From Fidelibacterota bacterium (GTDB taxonomy: Bacteria; Fidelibacterota; Fidelibacteria; Fidelibacterales; Fidelibacteraceae): a DNA stretch of 64,000 bases. Each line of letters begins with the position of its first letter. Position 1 is the stretch's first letter. Both the position numbers and the translations under genes were made by a program. Location of the stretch: positions 31,465 through 95,464 of the forward strand of contig JAQUPD010000004.1 in assembly GCA_028716785.1 (NCBI GenBank), in the 5' to 3' direction. The notes beneath the pieces were generated by a model that searched no databases, was not told the DNA's origin, and saw only the letters and a list, made by a program, of their open reading frames with translations. This document shows positions 51,357 to 60,913 of the stretch, one piece after another.

Positions 51357-52475
51357 TTATAATTTTGAAGCGACTTCTCGAGCCACTTCCAGCGTTGTAT
51401 TGTTGCCCCCCATGTCGTACGTTTTTACTTTACCTTCTTTAATAACTGTTGCAATGGCATTTTCAAGTCGCTCTGCCATGTCTTTTTCACCAAGCCAATC
51501 AAGCATCAATTTAGTTGTTAGCAACATTGCCATGGGATTAACTTTATATTGACCTTGATATTTAGGAGCACTTCCATGGGTAGGTTCAAAAACGGCATAG
51601 TTATCACCAATATTTCCACTCGAAGCAAATCCAAGTCCACCCACAAGCTGCGCTGAAAGATCACTAAGAATATCACCAAACATATTTTCAGCCACAAGTA
51701 TTTCATAATTCTCAGGATTTTTTAAAAGCCACATACATTGGGCATCAATATTTGTTTCCCACAGTTCAATGTCAGGATAATTTTTTGCCACTTCCCGAGC
51801 TGTTCGAATCATTAATCCACCTGTTTCTCGTAAAACATTAGGTTTATCTACGACAGTCACAGTTTTTTTGCCAAATTTCCTGGCATATTCAAAGCCTTGT
51901 GTGACAATGTTTCTACAGGCTTGACGCGTCATGATGCGGGTAGATATAGCGATATTCTCCAGCCCAGCGTCTTTAAATTTTTTCATTTTAGGATGGTGTT
52001 TATCTAAGACGTCAAACACTTCTTGGGGAACTGGGTAGAATTCTACGCCCCCATACATTCCTTCAGTATTTTCACGAAAAATGGTAATATCAATTCCATC
52101 TCGGTAATTTAAGGGATTTCCCGGATAAGCTTTACAGGGGCGGATATTGGTATGAAGATTAAAAGTTTGACGGAGGCGTACAATAGGACTAAAATAGACA
52201 TAGCCTTTTCCTCGGAGAGAAGGATCCAGTTCGGCATCAGCCTCTTCTTTTGGTTTTGAAGTAATTGCCCCAAAAAGGGCACAATCTGTAGTTTTTAACA
52301 TATCAAGGGTACGTTGCGGAAGTGGATCACCCTCTTTTTTCCAAAACTCCCATCCAATATCACCATGGATATACTCTGCATCCACATTTAACGTATCTAA
52401 CACAATACGTGCAGCATCCATAACATCATTCCCAACACCATCACCTGGAAGCCAGCCTATGCGGTACTTAGCCAT
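51357..52475 (-). CDS. Isocitrate/isopropylmalate dehydrogenase family protein (beta-decarboxylating dehydrogenase; substrate not assignable)
   Basis: 372 aa with GDGVGNDV near the N-terminus, LRQTFNLHTNIRP and NMFGDILSDLSAQLVGGLG. Confidence 0.8.
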   Translation of the reverse strand: MAKYRIGWLPGDGVGNDVMDAARIVLDTLNVDAEYIHGDIGWEFWKKEGDPLPQRTLDMLKTTDCALFGAITSKPKEEADAELDPSLRGKGYVYFSPIVRLRQTFNLHTNIRPCKAYPGNPLNYRDGIDITIFRENTEGMYGGVEFYPVPQEVFDVLDKHHPKMKKFKDAGLENIAISTRIMTRQACRNIVTQGFEYARKFGKKTVTVVDKPNVLRETGGLMIRTAREVAKNYPDIELWETNIDAQCMWLLKNPENYEILVAENMFGDILSDLSAQLVGGLGFASSGNIGDNYAVFEPTHGSAPKYQGQYKVNPMAMLLTTKLMLDWLGEKDMAERLENAIATVIKEGKVKTYDMGGNNTTLEVAREVASKL

Positions 52476-52493
52476 AATTTCTCCTCGGTTTTA

Positions 52494-53030
52494 TTATTTA
52501 TCCCTAACAAGTTCAAAATCGATGAAGTCTGCATGATGGAAAATAATGGATTCCGGAGAACGCTTTTCACCGGTTCCTTCTTTTGAATGGGTTGCAATAA
52601 TATGCATAACCTCTTCAGGCACATCATGTTTAAAAGCAAGTCCCACACCACTAAAAGGATGGCGAAGATATTTTCCATAATCTGATTTAATAACGTTGCC
52701 ATCGACAATTTCATATTCCAAAAGTTTTCCTACATCAGCTAAGAGGGCACCGGCAATTAAGATGTCCCGATTTACTGGGGTGCCACGCTCCTCATGGATA
52801 TCCCGTAGGACTTTTTCAGTTGCGATGCAGAGTTGACATACAGCACGGACATGCTCAATAAAGGGAATTGTAACGCCCTCAGCCAAGAGGGTAAAGGGGA
52901 TTTTCATCAATAAATCAGCTGTCCAGCCCCGGAAAGATGCAGCTTCCTGCCAAATACTTTCAACCTTTTTTCGTAACAACTCATCGTGAATTTCCTGAAT
53001 TTCAGGGAGTAAAGAGTTTACATTAAGCAT
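52494..53030 (-). CDS. HD-domain-like protein with a non-canonical AD in place of the HD dyad
   Basis: 178 aa reading FIEHVRAV ... GALLADVGK ... IIATHSKEG ... FHHADFIDF. It overlaps the citF stop by 8 nt. Confidence 0.6.
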   Translation of the reverse strand: MLNVNSLLPEIQEIHDELLRKKVESIWQEAASFRGWTADLLMKIPFTLLAEGVTIPFIEHVRAVCQLCIATEKVLRDIHEERGTPVNRDILIAGALLADVGKLLEYEIVDGNVIKSDYGKYLRHPFSGVGLAFKHDVPEEVMHIIATHSKEGTGEKRSPESIIFHHADFIDFELVRDK

Positions 53031-54600
53031 TTGAGTGATTCCTCCTGACTTTTTTTACAACATCTATTACGGTACCATCTACCCATTTGATGGCAGCAAC
53101 CACTTGATCGTCGAATATTACTGGTTCAGGTACGCCACAGAGGGCTTCTGCTTCTGCCTTCAGTTCTTCAATACTTTTTAAAGGAAGCCCACTATTTTTT
53201 ACGCGGTCAATCAAATCTGTTCGCAAAGGATTAATGGCAATACCTCGTTCTGTTATAATAACATCAATCAGTTCTCCTGGTCCACAGAGCGTTGTGACTT
53301 CATCGCGAATAATGGGAATGCGATTTCTAAAGAGAGGGACAGGAAGAATAGTGCATTTTGCGTAAAGACAATTTTGCCAGCCGCCGATACCATGAAGTAA
53401 CAAACCATCAGAATGGGTTACTACGTTACCATTAAAATTCACATCTACCTCAGTGGCTCCAAGAATCATGATATCCGTCATGGTTGTGTAGGTGCCCTTG
53501 CCATGAAAATCATAGCAGTGAAAGATAGAGATATCAACGTGGTTTGGATTTTTTCTCATAGAATCAATAGCGGCTAAATCAAAAGTTTGGGCATCCAGTA
53601 AATATTCCAACACACCATCCTCAAGCATTTTTACAGAATATTCTGTCGATCCTCCAACAGCAAAACGTGCTTTAATACCTTTTTCTTTCAACATTTTGTG
53701 AAAATACATGCCAATGGCAAGGGATGTACCTCCCGAGCCAGCTTGAAAGGAGAAACCATCCTGAATTAAGCCAGCTGCTTCGCAAAACTTGGCAGTATAT
53801 TCTGCAATTAAAAGCCTATCAGGGCTTCGGGTAATTTTTGTGGTTCCTGAAACAATTTGCTCAGGGATACCAATTTTATCCATAACAACGACATAATCAA
53901 CATAATTGCCAATAATTTGCATTGGCACACAGGGGAAGGGAACAAGATTATCTGTTACTACAATGACTTTATCACCATACAACATATCAGCATAAGAATA
54001 TCCAAGTCCGCCACAGGCTGAAGGCCCATATAATCCATTGGCATTTCCAAAGGGATCGGAAGTTGGAGCAGCAATTACCGCAATATCAATTTTTACTTCT
54101 CCATCTTGAATAGCCTGGTATCGTCCCCCATGGGAACGAAGGACACCCACACCCCTCATTTTTCCTTCGGAACAAAATTTTCCAAGAGGACCATTCATAC
54201 TTCCCTCAATATGATTGATGGTGCCATTTTCTAAATACTCAATAATGGGTTCATGGCAGGGGAAGGATGCCGAGGGGAACCACACTAAATCTTTAACACC
54301 TAATTCTGAGGCAGCCTTAAAAATTTGATTTGCTACCAGATCTCCATTTCTCAAATGATGATGTGTTGAAATGACTATACCATCCCGAATACCTGAACGC
54401 ACAAGGGCTTCTTTTAATGATTTCACCTGTTTGTTGCCGTCGGGAGGATAATCAAGGGATGATCGGATAGGTGGCCCATACCGATTACCAGAGGGTTTGT
54501 ATTTCCCAATTCCTTTAAATGGAACAATTACTTCACCATTTATTTCTGTAGGGATCCATCGCCCAACAGCATTTTTTATCCATTCTGTTTTATTTGCCAT
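53023..54600 (-). CDS. citF: Citrate lyase alpha subunit (citrate CoA-transferase)-like
   Basis: 525 aa, collinear with E. coli CitF as remembered (LKEALVRSGIRDGIVISTHHHLRNGD, SHGGR, FGNANG, GSGG, NPNH). Confidence 0.8.
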   Translation of the reverse strand: MANKTEWIKNAVGRWIPTEINGEVIVPFKGIGKYKPSGNRYGPPIRSSLDYPPDGNKQVKSLKEALVRSGIRDGIVISTHHHLRNGDLVANQIFKAASELGVKDLVWFPSASFPCHEPIIEYLENGTINHIEGSMNGPLGKFCSEGKMRGVGVLRSHGGRYQAIQDGEVKIDIAVIAAPTSDPFGNANGLYGPSACGGLGYSYADMLYGDKVIVVTDNLVPFPCVPMQIIGNYVDYVVVMDKIGIPEQIVSGTTKITRSPDRLLIAEYTAKFCEAAGLIQDGFSFQAGSGGTSLAIGMYFHKMLKEKGIKARFAVGGSTEYSVKMLEDGVLEYLLDAQTFDLAAIDSMRKNPNHVDISIFHCYDFHGKGTYTTMTDIMILGATEVDVNFNGNVVTHSDGLLLHGIGGWQNCLYAKCTILPVPLFRNRIPIIRDEVTTLCGPGELIDVIITERGIAINPLRTDLIDRVKNSGLPLKSIEELKAEAEALCGVPEPVIFDDQVVAAIKWVDGTVIDVVKKVRRNHSNA

Positions 54601-55798
54601 AATTCTCTCTCCAGTTTTTGGGTACGCGATTCAAGGTTTCTGCTAGTTGAACAGTTTTAATAGCTCGTTTTACCACAGGAGGATCGATCATTTTTGAATT
54701 AAGACTTACAACACCTAATCCCTTTTGTTGTGCTTCTTCATAGGCAATCACAATGGATTGTGCTTTTTCAATTTCCAAAGTCGTTGGTGCAAAGGCTTCA
54801 TGGATAACAGGTATTTGTCTTGGATGGATGCAGCCCATTCCATCAAATCCCATCTTTTTAGATGCAAGGGCTGTTTTCATCAGGGCATCCGTATCAGAAA
54901 CATCGGAGAAAACTGAATCAATAGCTTGGATACCGGTAGCACGGGCAGCCAAAACAAGCATAGATCTGGCAACAAATGTCTCAAGGCCTTCATCGCTTCG
55001 CGGGGTTCCAAGATCTGCTGTTAAATCTTCAAGTCCTACTGCTAAAGCAACAACATTTTCACTGGCTATAGCAATTTCTTGAGCGGCCAAAATGCCTTTG
55101 GCAGATTCTAAAATAGGCATGAGATAAACGGGATGAGCAAATCCCGATTCGGAAGCAATCTCCATAATTTTTAAATCTACATTGATTACATCTTCCCTGC
55201 TTTCGCACTTTGGGATAAGCACACAATTTATTTTTTCAGGGATTAAACATTCAAGGTCTTTGATTCCCAGTGGGAAAGGATTTATTCGAATCATTCGTTC
55301 AGCCTGTTTAAAATCGAGCTCATGCAGTGCATTTCGTACAAGAATTCTTGCTTCATCTTTTCGGGATGAGGCAACAGAATCTTCCAGATCCAAAATAATG
55401 CTATCTGCCTGATATAGGCCAGCATTAATCATTAATTTTGGGTTGTTTCCGGGTAAATAAAGTCGCGAACGCCGAAAACGATCTTTCGGGGTAGGTTGGT
55501 AATATTCTGAATGCTCAGACACACAATAGGCTTTGCTATCTGGGAAAGCTTGCCGAATGACAGCTTCAAGACGAGCGCGTAAGGTAAAGGGCAAAGCCCC
55601 TTGATCGTCGATGGAAAGATGAACATCTGTGATACCATAATACTCAACCATGTCGTAACAGAGTTGGTAAATCATTTTTCCATAAAGTGCCTGGACTTTA
55701 CTTCGGATATCCAGTGTTAATCCACCGGATTCTTTTAATGTTAAGGTAACAAGACAATCCCCTTGAGATGAGGGGTCTGCGTTTCCTGCTGAATACAT
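54590..55798 (-). CDS. Fusion of the citrate-lyase acyl-carrier (CitD-like) and citryl-CoA-lyase beta subunit (CitE-like)
   Basis: The N-terminal ~95 aa contain ...IDDQGALPFTLRARLEAVIRQA (compare CitD DDKGALDCILRARLEA). The rest has RRSRLYLPGNNPKLM...ADSIILDLEDSVA (CitE/HpcH). The ORF extends to 55855, but the ATG at 55798 (MYSAGNADPSSQGD) fits the CitD N-terminus better. Confidence 0.75.
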   Translation of the reverse strand: MYSAGNADPSSQGDCLVTLTLKESGGLTLDIRSKVQALYGKMIYQLCYDMVEYYGITDVHLSIDDQGALPFTLRARLEAVIRQAFPDSKAYCVSEHSEYYQPTPKDRFRRSRLYLPGNNPKLMINAGLYQADSIILDLEDSVASSRKDEARILVRNALHELDFKQAERMIRINPFPLGIKDLECLIPEKINCVLIPKCESREDVINVDLKIMEIASESGFAHPVYLMPILESAKGILAAQEIAIASENVVALAVGLEDLTADLGTPRSDEGLETFVARSMLVLAARATGIQAIDSVFSDVSDTDALMKTALASKKMGFDGMGCIHPRQIPVIHEAFAPTTLEIEKAQSIVIAYEEAQQKGLGVVSLNSKMIDPPVVKRAIKTVQLAETLNRVPKNWRENYGK

Positions 55799-55934
55799 AT
55801 CACTCAATGGTTTGCTCCAGTTAATCAATGGCTTGTAAGCCGGATTAATGTCCAAAAAATTTTCAAATCTCGCTAAGTTAGTATGAGAATATATCTAAAA
55901 ACCTTGAGAGTTTCAATTAAATCAGGATAAAAGG

Positions 55935-56801
55935 CTAATCCTCAAGAAGTATTTTATTCGGGAAATAAAATTCAGCTCGAATAACAGGGATAAGGCATAT
56001 TGGATGAGAATCAATGAGAAAGTCATTGTTTAAATTAATTGTGATAGGAAGCAATAACTGTGCTCCAACATAAGGGGTAAAATAAAAATTTGTCCTTGTT
56101 GTCTTAATAAAATAAGCCTTGCCTAAAAGGAGTTCTAACCGACGATTATAAGACGTATTCAGACTCCAATTTGCAGAAAATTTTAAAAGGATATTGGGAA
56201 ACCGAATAAGAGGAAGTTTTTCAGCATTCACACCCTTTCGGTAAAAATTAAATTTAATAATTTGATCATTTAAGTCCTCACCGATAAAAAGAAGAGATAA
56301 TCGTTGGGTGTAAACATCTTGGGCTAAATCAGAAAAATAATCGATATTTTTATTTTCAACTCCCACTTCAAAACTTGCATAAGGAACAAAAGCATGACCA
56401 ACACTCAGGAGGTGACTAAAAGAAATAGAAGCACCTCTTATATGGTAAGGTTTGTTTTTTTGTTTATTAACTGTGCCATAAAAGAGTTGTATTTGATAAG
56501 GACGTTTAGAATTTGCATAGATATCCCATAAATTTAAGGTGTTGATAACACAGAGATCATAAACATCAGGAGTTATCTTATAAGCAGCGGGTCCTACCAG
56601 TGTTTTAGGATATCCCCGTGCCTCAACTTGTAATAAGTCACTATGTTGTGGCGTTGTTTGATATCCCACTCCAATGTGTGAAATATTATAATAAAAATAG
56701 AATTGATGATCTCTAATTGTAAGTTCAGACCGCGTAATTTCTTCTGCTGTTAAAGCATTAATTAAAAGGAAAAAGAGTAACGTCCTGTTAAGGTATCGCA
56801 T
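55935..56801 (-). CDS. Hypothetical secreted / outer-membrane-like protein
   Basis: 288 aa with signal peptide MRYLNRTLLFFLLINALTA. Aromatic-rich. I recognise no family. Confidence 0.5.
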   Translation of the reverse strand: MRYLNRTLLFFLLINALTAEEITRSELTIRDHQFYFYYNISHIGVGYQTTPQHSDLLQVEARGYPKTLVGPAAYKITPDVYDLCVINTLNLWDIYANSKRPYQIQLFYGTVNKQKNKPYHIRGASISFSHLLSVGHAFVPYASFEVGVENKNIDYFSDLAQDVYTQRLSLLFIGEDLNDQIIKFNFYRKGVNAEKLPLIRFPNILLKFSANWSLNTSYNRRLELLLGKAYFIKTTRTNFYFTPYVGAQLLLPITINLNNDFLIDSHPICLIPVIRAEFYFPNKILLED

Positions 56802-57511
56802 AGAGCACTCTTTTCAGTTTGATACTCACTGTAACATTCTATGACCTGAATTTCCATTTGCCTATCAAGTGTATTAATATGAGTGAGTGATTTCATGCCA
56901 TAACGGATGACTCGTCCTTCCTTATCAACCGTGTTGTAGATTTCGAGGGTCATTTTTGTGATTCCTTGTGGAAGAGGAAATGGTTCAAGTGTCATTTTAA
57001 TAATTCCATACGTCTTTGGATCTATCCAGGCTTTCCCTTGTAGGAAATTATGATTTCTATAGCGGGGTTGGGGGATAAATTCAATCTGACGCATTTCGTG
57101 CCCATTAAGATCCACCAATCCAAGATCTTTAATTTGATAATATTGATGAAAATTTTCATCATAAAAAGAGGGCAGAGGTTGATGTGTAAATAAAGTATCG
57201 GCATCCGGAAGTGAATCCACGGGATGCCTATTAATCCATAAAGACTGATAGATACGAACCAAAGGTTGATCACTCTTGTGGTACTCTCGACCCAAAAGAT
57301 TAATTGTGGTTGTTATCGTATCCTCCCGAATAATTTGTTCTTGCTGGACAGAAAAACTATGACACCCCAAAGAAGCAAGATCATTCTGACGCTTGATACG
57401 GACATTATTTAAAAAGTTTTCCAGCTCATAGATTCGCTGAGCATAAAGGCTTTGGGAATTATAGAGTAGAATCAAGAGTAAACTTATTGAAGCAAAAAAT
57501 CGATGTTTCAT
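56762..57511 (-). CDS. Hypothetical secreted protein
   Basis: 249 aa with signal peptide MKHRFFASISLLLILLYNSQSLYAQ. I recognise no family (LolA/RseB-like fold is only a guess). Confidence 0.5.
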   Translation of the reverse strand: MKHRFFASISLLLILLYNSQSLYAQRIYELENFLNNVRIKRQNDLASLGCHSFSVQQEQIIREDTITTTINLLGREYHKSDQPLVRIYQSLWINRHPVDSLPDADTLFTHQPLPSFYDENFHQYYQIKDLGLVDLNGHEMRQIEFIPQPRYRNHNFLQGKAWIDPKTYGIIKMTLEPFPLPQGITKMTLEIYNTVDKEGRVIRYGMKSLTHINTLDRQMEIQVIECYSEYQTEKSALCDTLTGRYSFSF

Positions 57512-57592
57512 GATTTGTTAACGCGTTATCTCGTAAAACGAGTGTTATAGAAATTTAGCAGGAATCACCAGCCGTCCACAAGTAAGAGAATC

Positions 57593-58273
57593 TTATTTAT
57601 TCTCATGAGAAAAGTATTCTCCAACTTTGGGAAAAACAAAGAGATTAACCAAATTGACGCTAAAATGGATCCCCCAAGGAATTACAAGGCTGCGGCGGGT
57701 AACGGTGAAATAGCAGAGGACAAGACTTGTAATAAAAATCCACACTGTAGCGCTCATTTGCTGGATATTGGTATGGAAAAAAGCAAAAATAGCAGAAAGC
57801 AACAGAGCAGCCCATAACCAGTGATTCCATAAGTTAATAAGTGCCATAAATAAATATCCCCGGAACAAAATCTCTTCCATGATAGAAGCACTTAAATTAA
57901 TGGCAAAGGCCCATCGACGTTGAAGAGACGTTTTGGGGATTAGTTCATCCTGGTGAGAAAGGCGTTCTTTTGGTAATTCTCCTTTGATACGACTAATAAG
58001 CCACTCCATCAAAAGAAAGAAAAGGGATAAGAAGGCTCCAATGAACAAACCAATCACATAATCCGGCAAAAAACGTCTTAATGTTATGATGTCCCCAACG
58101 CGAGATAGCCAATTGGATAGACTTGTATATTTAAGGGGATTTATGGAATAAAAAAGATAGATAAAAAAAGGAATTGCAGCTGTTATAATCCATAGCAAAA
58201 TTTGCTGATAGAATCCAATACGACTCCACACAAGAGAAGCTTTAATTTTAACCTCGTTGGGATCTTTTTCCAT
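57593..58273 (-). CDS. CPBP-family intramembrane glutamic endopeptidase (CAAX protease-like)
   Basis: 226 aa, multi-TM, with motifs EEILFRGYLF, FFH and HFSVN. Confidence 0.8.
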   Translation of the reverse strand: MEKDPNEVKIKASLVWSRIGFYQQILLWIITAAIPFFIYLFYSINPLKYTSLSNWLSRVGDIITLRRFLPDYVIGLFIGAFLSLFFLLMEWLISRIKGELPKERLSHQDELIPKTSLQRRWAFAINLSASIMEEILFRGYLFMALINLWNHWLWAALLLSAIFAFFHTNIQQMSATVWIFITSLVLCYFTVTRRSLVIPWGIHFSVNLVNLFVFPKVGEYFSHENK

Positions 58274-58294
58274 ATTCTTTCTTATCGCATCAGA

Positions 58295-58783
58295 TTACAG
58301 ATGTTTTTTAATTTCTTCCTCCCAAAAAGCCCGAGGACGATATCCAGTTACTTTATTGACAATTCGTCCTTTTTTGTCAATGATAAATGTTGTTGGAATG
58401 CTCTGAAAATTATCATATTTCTGGACCACGTCGGGAGTAAACATAACAACAGGATATTGAATCCCTATTGTTTCTATGTATTGTTCTATGGTTTCCCACC
58501 CTGTTTGATCAACGGAAACGCCCACGATAACTAAGCCATCCTCTTTATATTGATTGTAAAGTTCTATAAAATCTGGGATTTCACGTTGACAAGGAGGACA
58601 CCAAGTTGCCCAAAAATTTAATATTACCATTTTTCCCTTTTGGTCAGAAAGGGTAAATGTCTCACCGTATCCATTACTCAAGGTAAAGTCCGGGGCTTTC
58701 TTTAAATTTGCATTGCTTTTATCACAGCCAGTTAACACGAAAGCCACTATCATGAGCGGGAGTAAGAAATGACGTAATTTCAT
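58295..58783 (-). CDS. TlpA-like thiol:disulfide oxidoreductase lipoprotein
   Basis: The ORF extends to 58810. The ATG at 58783 follows AAGGAG and gives MKLRHFLLPLMIVAFVLTGC with a lipobox. The redox motif is WATWCPPC. Confidence 0.85.
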   Translation of the reverse strand: MKLRHFLLPLMIVAFVLTGCDKSNANLKKAPDFTLSNGYGETFTLSDQKGKMVILNFWATWCPPCQREIPDFIELYNQYKEDGLVIVGVSVDQTGWETIEQYIETIGIQYPVVMFTPDVVQKYDNFQSIPTTFIIDKKGRIVNKVTGYRPRAFWEEEIKKHL

Positions 58784-58847
58784 GTACTGTCTCCTTTTCT
58801 CTTTTAACACATTTTAATTTGAGGTAAGAGACGTTAAAAGAAGAAAG

Positions 58848-59315
58848 TTACAAATTTTCGGTTCTTATCTTGTTCACTAAAAATTCGAGTCCTTTCAAGT
58901 AACTTTGTTCTTTTTCACCAGAAAAAGTAGCAATACATACATCATGGATCAGTGAAACACGTCGAAATGGTTCACGGGCATTAATATCTGAAAGATGAAC
59001 TTCAACAACAGGTATTTTTATCAATTCTATGGCATCCCGAATGGCAATACTGGTATGGGTATAAGCACCAGCATTGAGCAAAATACCATCTACATACTTT
59101 CTCTGTCGTTGGATGAGTGTTACAAGATTACCTTCATGGTTTGTTTGGTAAAATTTAATATCCACATTGAGTTCTTGCGCTTTTTGACGGATAAGTTTAT
59201 TCAGTTTATCAAGGGTTAATCGCCCATAATAAACAGGATCGCGATGACCCAACATATTAAGATTAGGGCCATTTAACACAAGAATTTTGATCTTTTTTTC
59301 AGTATTCTTTTGCAA
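58848..59315 (-). CDS. aroQ: 3-dehydroquinate dehydratase, type II
   Basis: 155 aa with ILVLNGPNLNMLG, HEGNL and NAGAYTHTS. Confidence 0.9.
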   Translation of the reverse strand: MQKNTEKKIKILVLNGPNLNMLGHRDPVYYGRLTLDKLNKLIRQKAQELNVDIKFYQTNHEGNLVTLIQRQRKYVDGILLNAGAYTHTSIAIRDAIELIKIPVVEVHLSDINAREPFRRVSLIHDVCIATFSGEKEQSYLKGLEFLVNKIRTENL

Positions 59316-60408
59316 AATGAAGTTCTTTTAACCAATCAAAGGTATTATAAATCATCTTTTTGGGGACATCATTGCGGATAACAGCATCGCCGATTTTTTG
59401 CAGGAGCACAAATTGAATTTTCCCATCCCGAATTTTCTTATCATGGGTGATAGCTTCATACATGTTGTCGTTGCTATATTTTTTCAAGGATCCCGGAATG
59501 GGGATTTTTTGGAGATATTGTATGTATTGTTTTGCTGTTTCGGCAGGTAAAAGACCCATTTCAGCACTAATGTTTAATGCTCCACACATACCAATAATAA
59601 CGGCTTCTCCATGTGTATACGTTCCATATCCCGCTGCTTGCTCAATGGCATGGCCAATGGTATGACCAAAATTTAATACCATCCGTAAATTGGATTCATA
59701 TTCATCGGCAGAGACAATAAAGGACTTAATTTCAATAGCCCGAATAATCGCTGCATTTACATGGTCAAGATTTTTCAAAGAGAGGATATCCAAAGAATTT
59801 TCCAGAAGGAATTGGGTAAAAATACGATCACGAATGAACCCATATTTAATCACTTCGCCAAATCCTGAAACACGTTGACGGAAATCCAAGGTTTTAAGAA
59901 CGGTGGGATCTACAATAACAATTTTGGGTTGATAGATAGCGCCGATCAGATTTTTTCCACGAGGATGATTAATCCCAACTTTTCCACCGATCGAAGAATC
60001 AACTTGAGCTAAAAGGGTTGTGGGAATTTGTACCAGAGTTAATCCACGATAAAGGGTTGCTGCTAAAAATCCTGCAGTATCGCCAACAACACCCCCTCCA
60101 AGTGCAATGACGGTCGATCCCCGATCTATTTTTAAATCGAGCATTTTATCATACAAATACTGCACAGTTTCGAGGTTTTTATTGGCTTCACCACTGGGCA
60201 TTAGGATATAATTCACATTAAATCCTTCACGAACAAGGGATAATTCGACAACATCTTTATAGAGCGCAGAGACATTTTTACTTGAAATAAGGGCAACACA
60301 AGGATTGATCTGCATTTGTTTTAAAATACTTCCTACAAATGGCAGGATGCCATTTTTTACATAGATTGGGTAACTGCGTTCATGTAAATCGACTCGTATT
60401 TTATGCAT
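59299..60408 (-). CDS. aroB: 3-dehydroquinate synthase
   Basis: 369 aa with GGGVVGDTAGF, the SSIGGKVG-type motif and the HTIGHAIE metal site. Confidence 0.9.
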   Translation of the reverse strand: MHKIRVDLHERSYPIYVKNGILPFVGSILKQMQINPCVALISSKNVSALYKDVVELSLVREGFNVNYILMPSGEANKNLETVQYLYDKMLDLKIDRGSTVIALGGGVVGDTAGFLAATLYRGLTLVQIPTTLLAQVDSSIGGKVGINHPRGKNLIGAIYQPKIVIVDPTVLKTLDFRQRVSGFGEVIKYGFIRDRIFTQFLLENSLDILSLKNLDHVNAAIIRAIEIKSFIVSADEYESNLRMVLNFGHTIGHAIEQAAGYGTYTHGEAVIIGMCGALNISAEMGLLPAETAKQYIQYLQKIPIPGSLKKYSNDNMYEAITHDKKIRDGKIQFVLLQKIGDAVIRNDVPKKMIYNTFDWLKELHFAKEY

Positions 60409-60913
60409 TTTTTTCGTCTATCTTTTTGAGAATTTCTTGTACAATTTCTTTCACTGACTTATTGTCGGTTTGAATATAATAATTTGCTTGTTTATAAACA
60501 AAAGTGCGTTTTGCTATGAGTTCCTGGATATGAGAGAGATTCAGAGGCTGCGGTAAAAGGGGTCTATTGTTACTGTGTTTTATTCGCTGGTAAATTGTTT
60601 CGGGTTTTGCTATAAGCCAAATTACTATCCCTTTTTGCTTCATCCAAACCAAGTTTTCGGCATCGAGAGGAAATCCTCCCCCTGTAGCAATCACCTGATT
60701 AGAAGCTATAAAAAAGGGATCTTTTTTTATGTCTCGTTCCATGTTGCGAAAGACTTCTTCGCCATTGGTTTGAAAAATTTCAGAAATTGTTCTCTTGGTT
60801 TTTTTCTCCAAATACACATCCAAATCAATAAAGTCATAATTCAAGGCACTGGCAAGGGCTTTTCCAACAACAGTTTTTCCGGTTCCCATCATTCCAACAA
60901 GAAAGAGTGTCAT
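60401..60913 (-). CDS. aroK: Shikimate kinase
   Basis: The P-loop is GMMGTGKT. The ORF extends to 60949, but the ATG at 60913 (MTLFLVGMMGTGKT) forms an ATGA overlap with the aroC stop (60910-60913). Confidence 0.85.
   Translation of the reverse strand: MTLFLVGMMGTGKTVVGKALASALNYDFIDLDVYLEKKTKRTISEIFQTNGEEVFRNMERDIKKDPFFIASNQVIATGGGFPLDAENLVWMKQKGIVIWLIAKPETIYQRIKHSNNRPLLPQPLNLSHIQELIAKRTFVYKQANYYIQTDNKSVKEIVQEILKKIDEKNA

Noticed and set aside
54725-55412. + strand ORFs 54725-54916, 54753-55082 and 55182-55412
   Set aside because: They are antisense to the CitD-CitE fusion gene. The Ser/Ala-rich shadow frames are typical of the opposite strand of a real gene.
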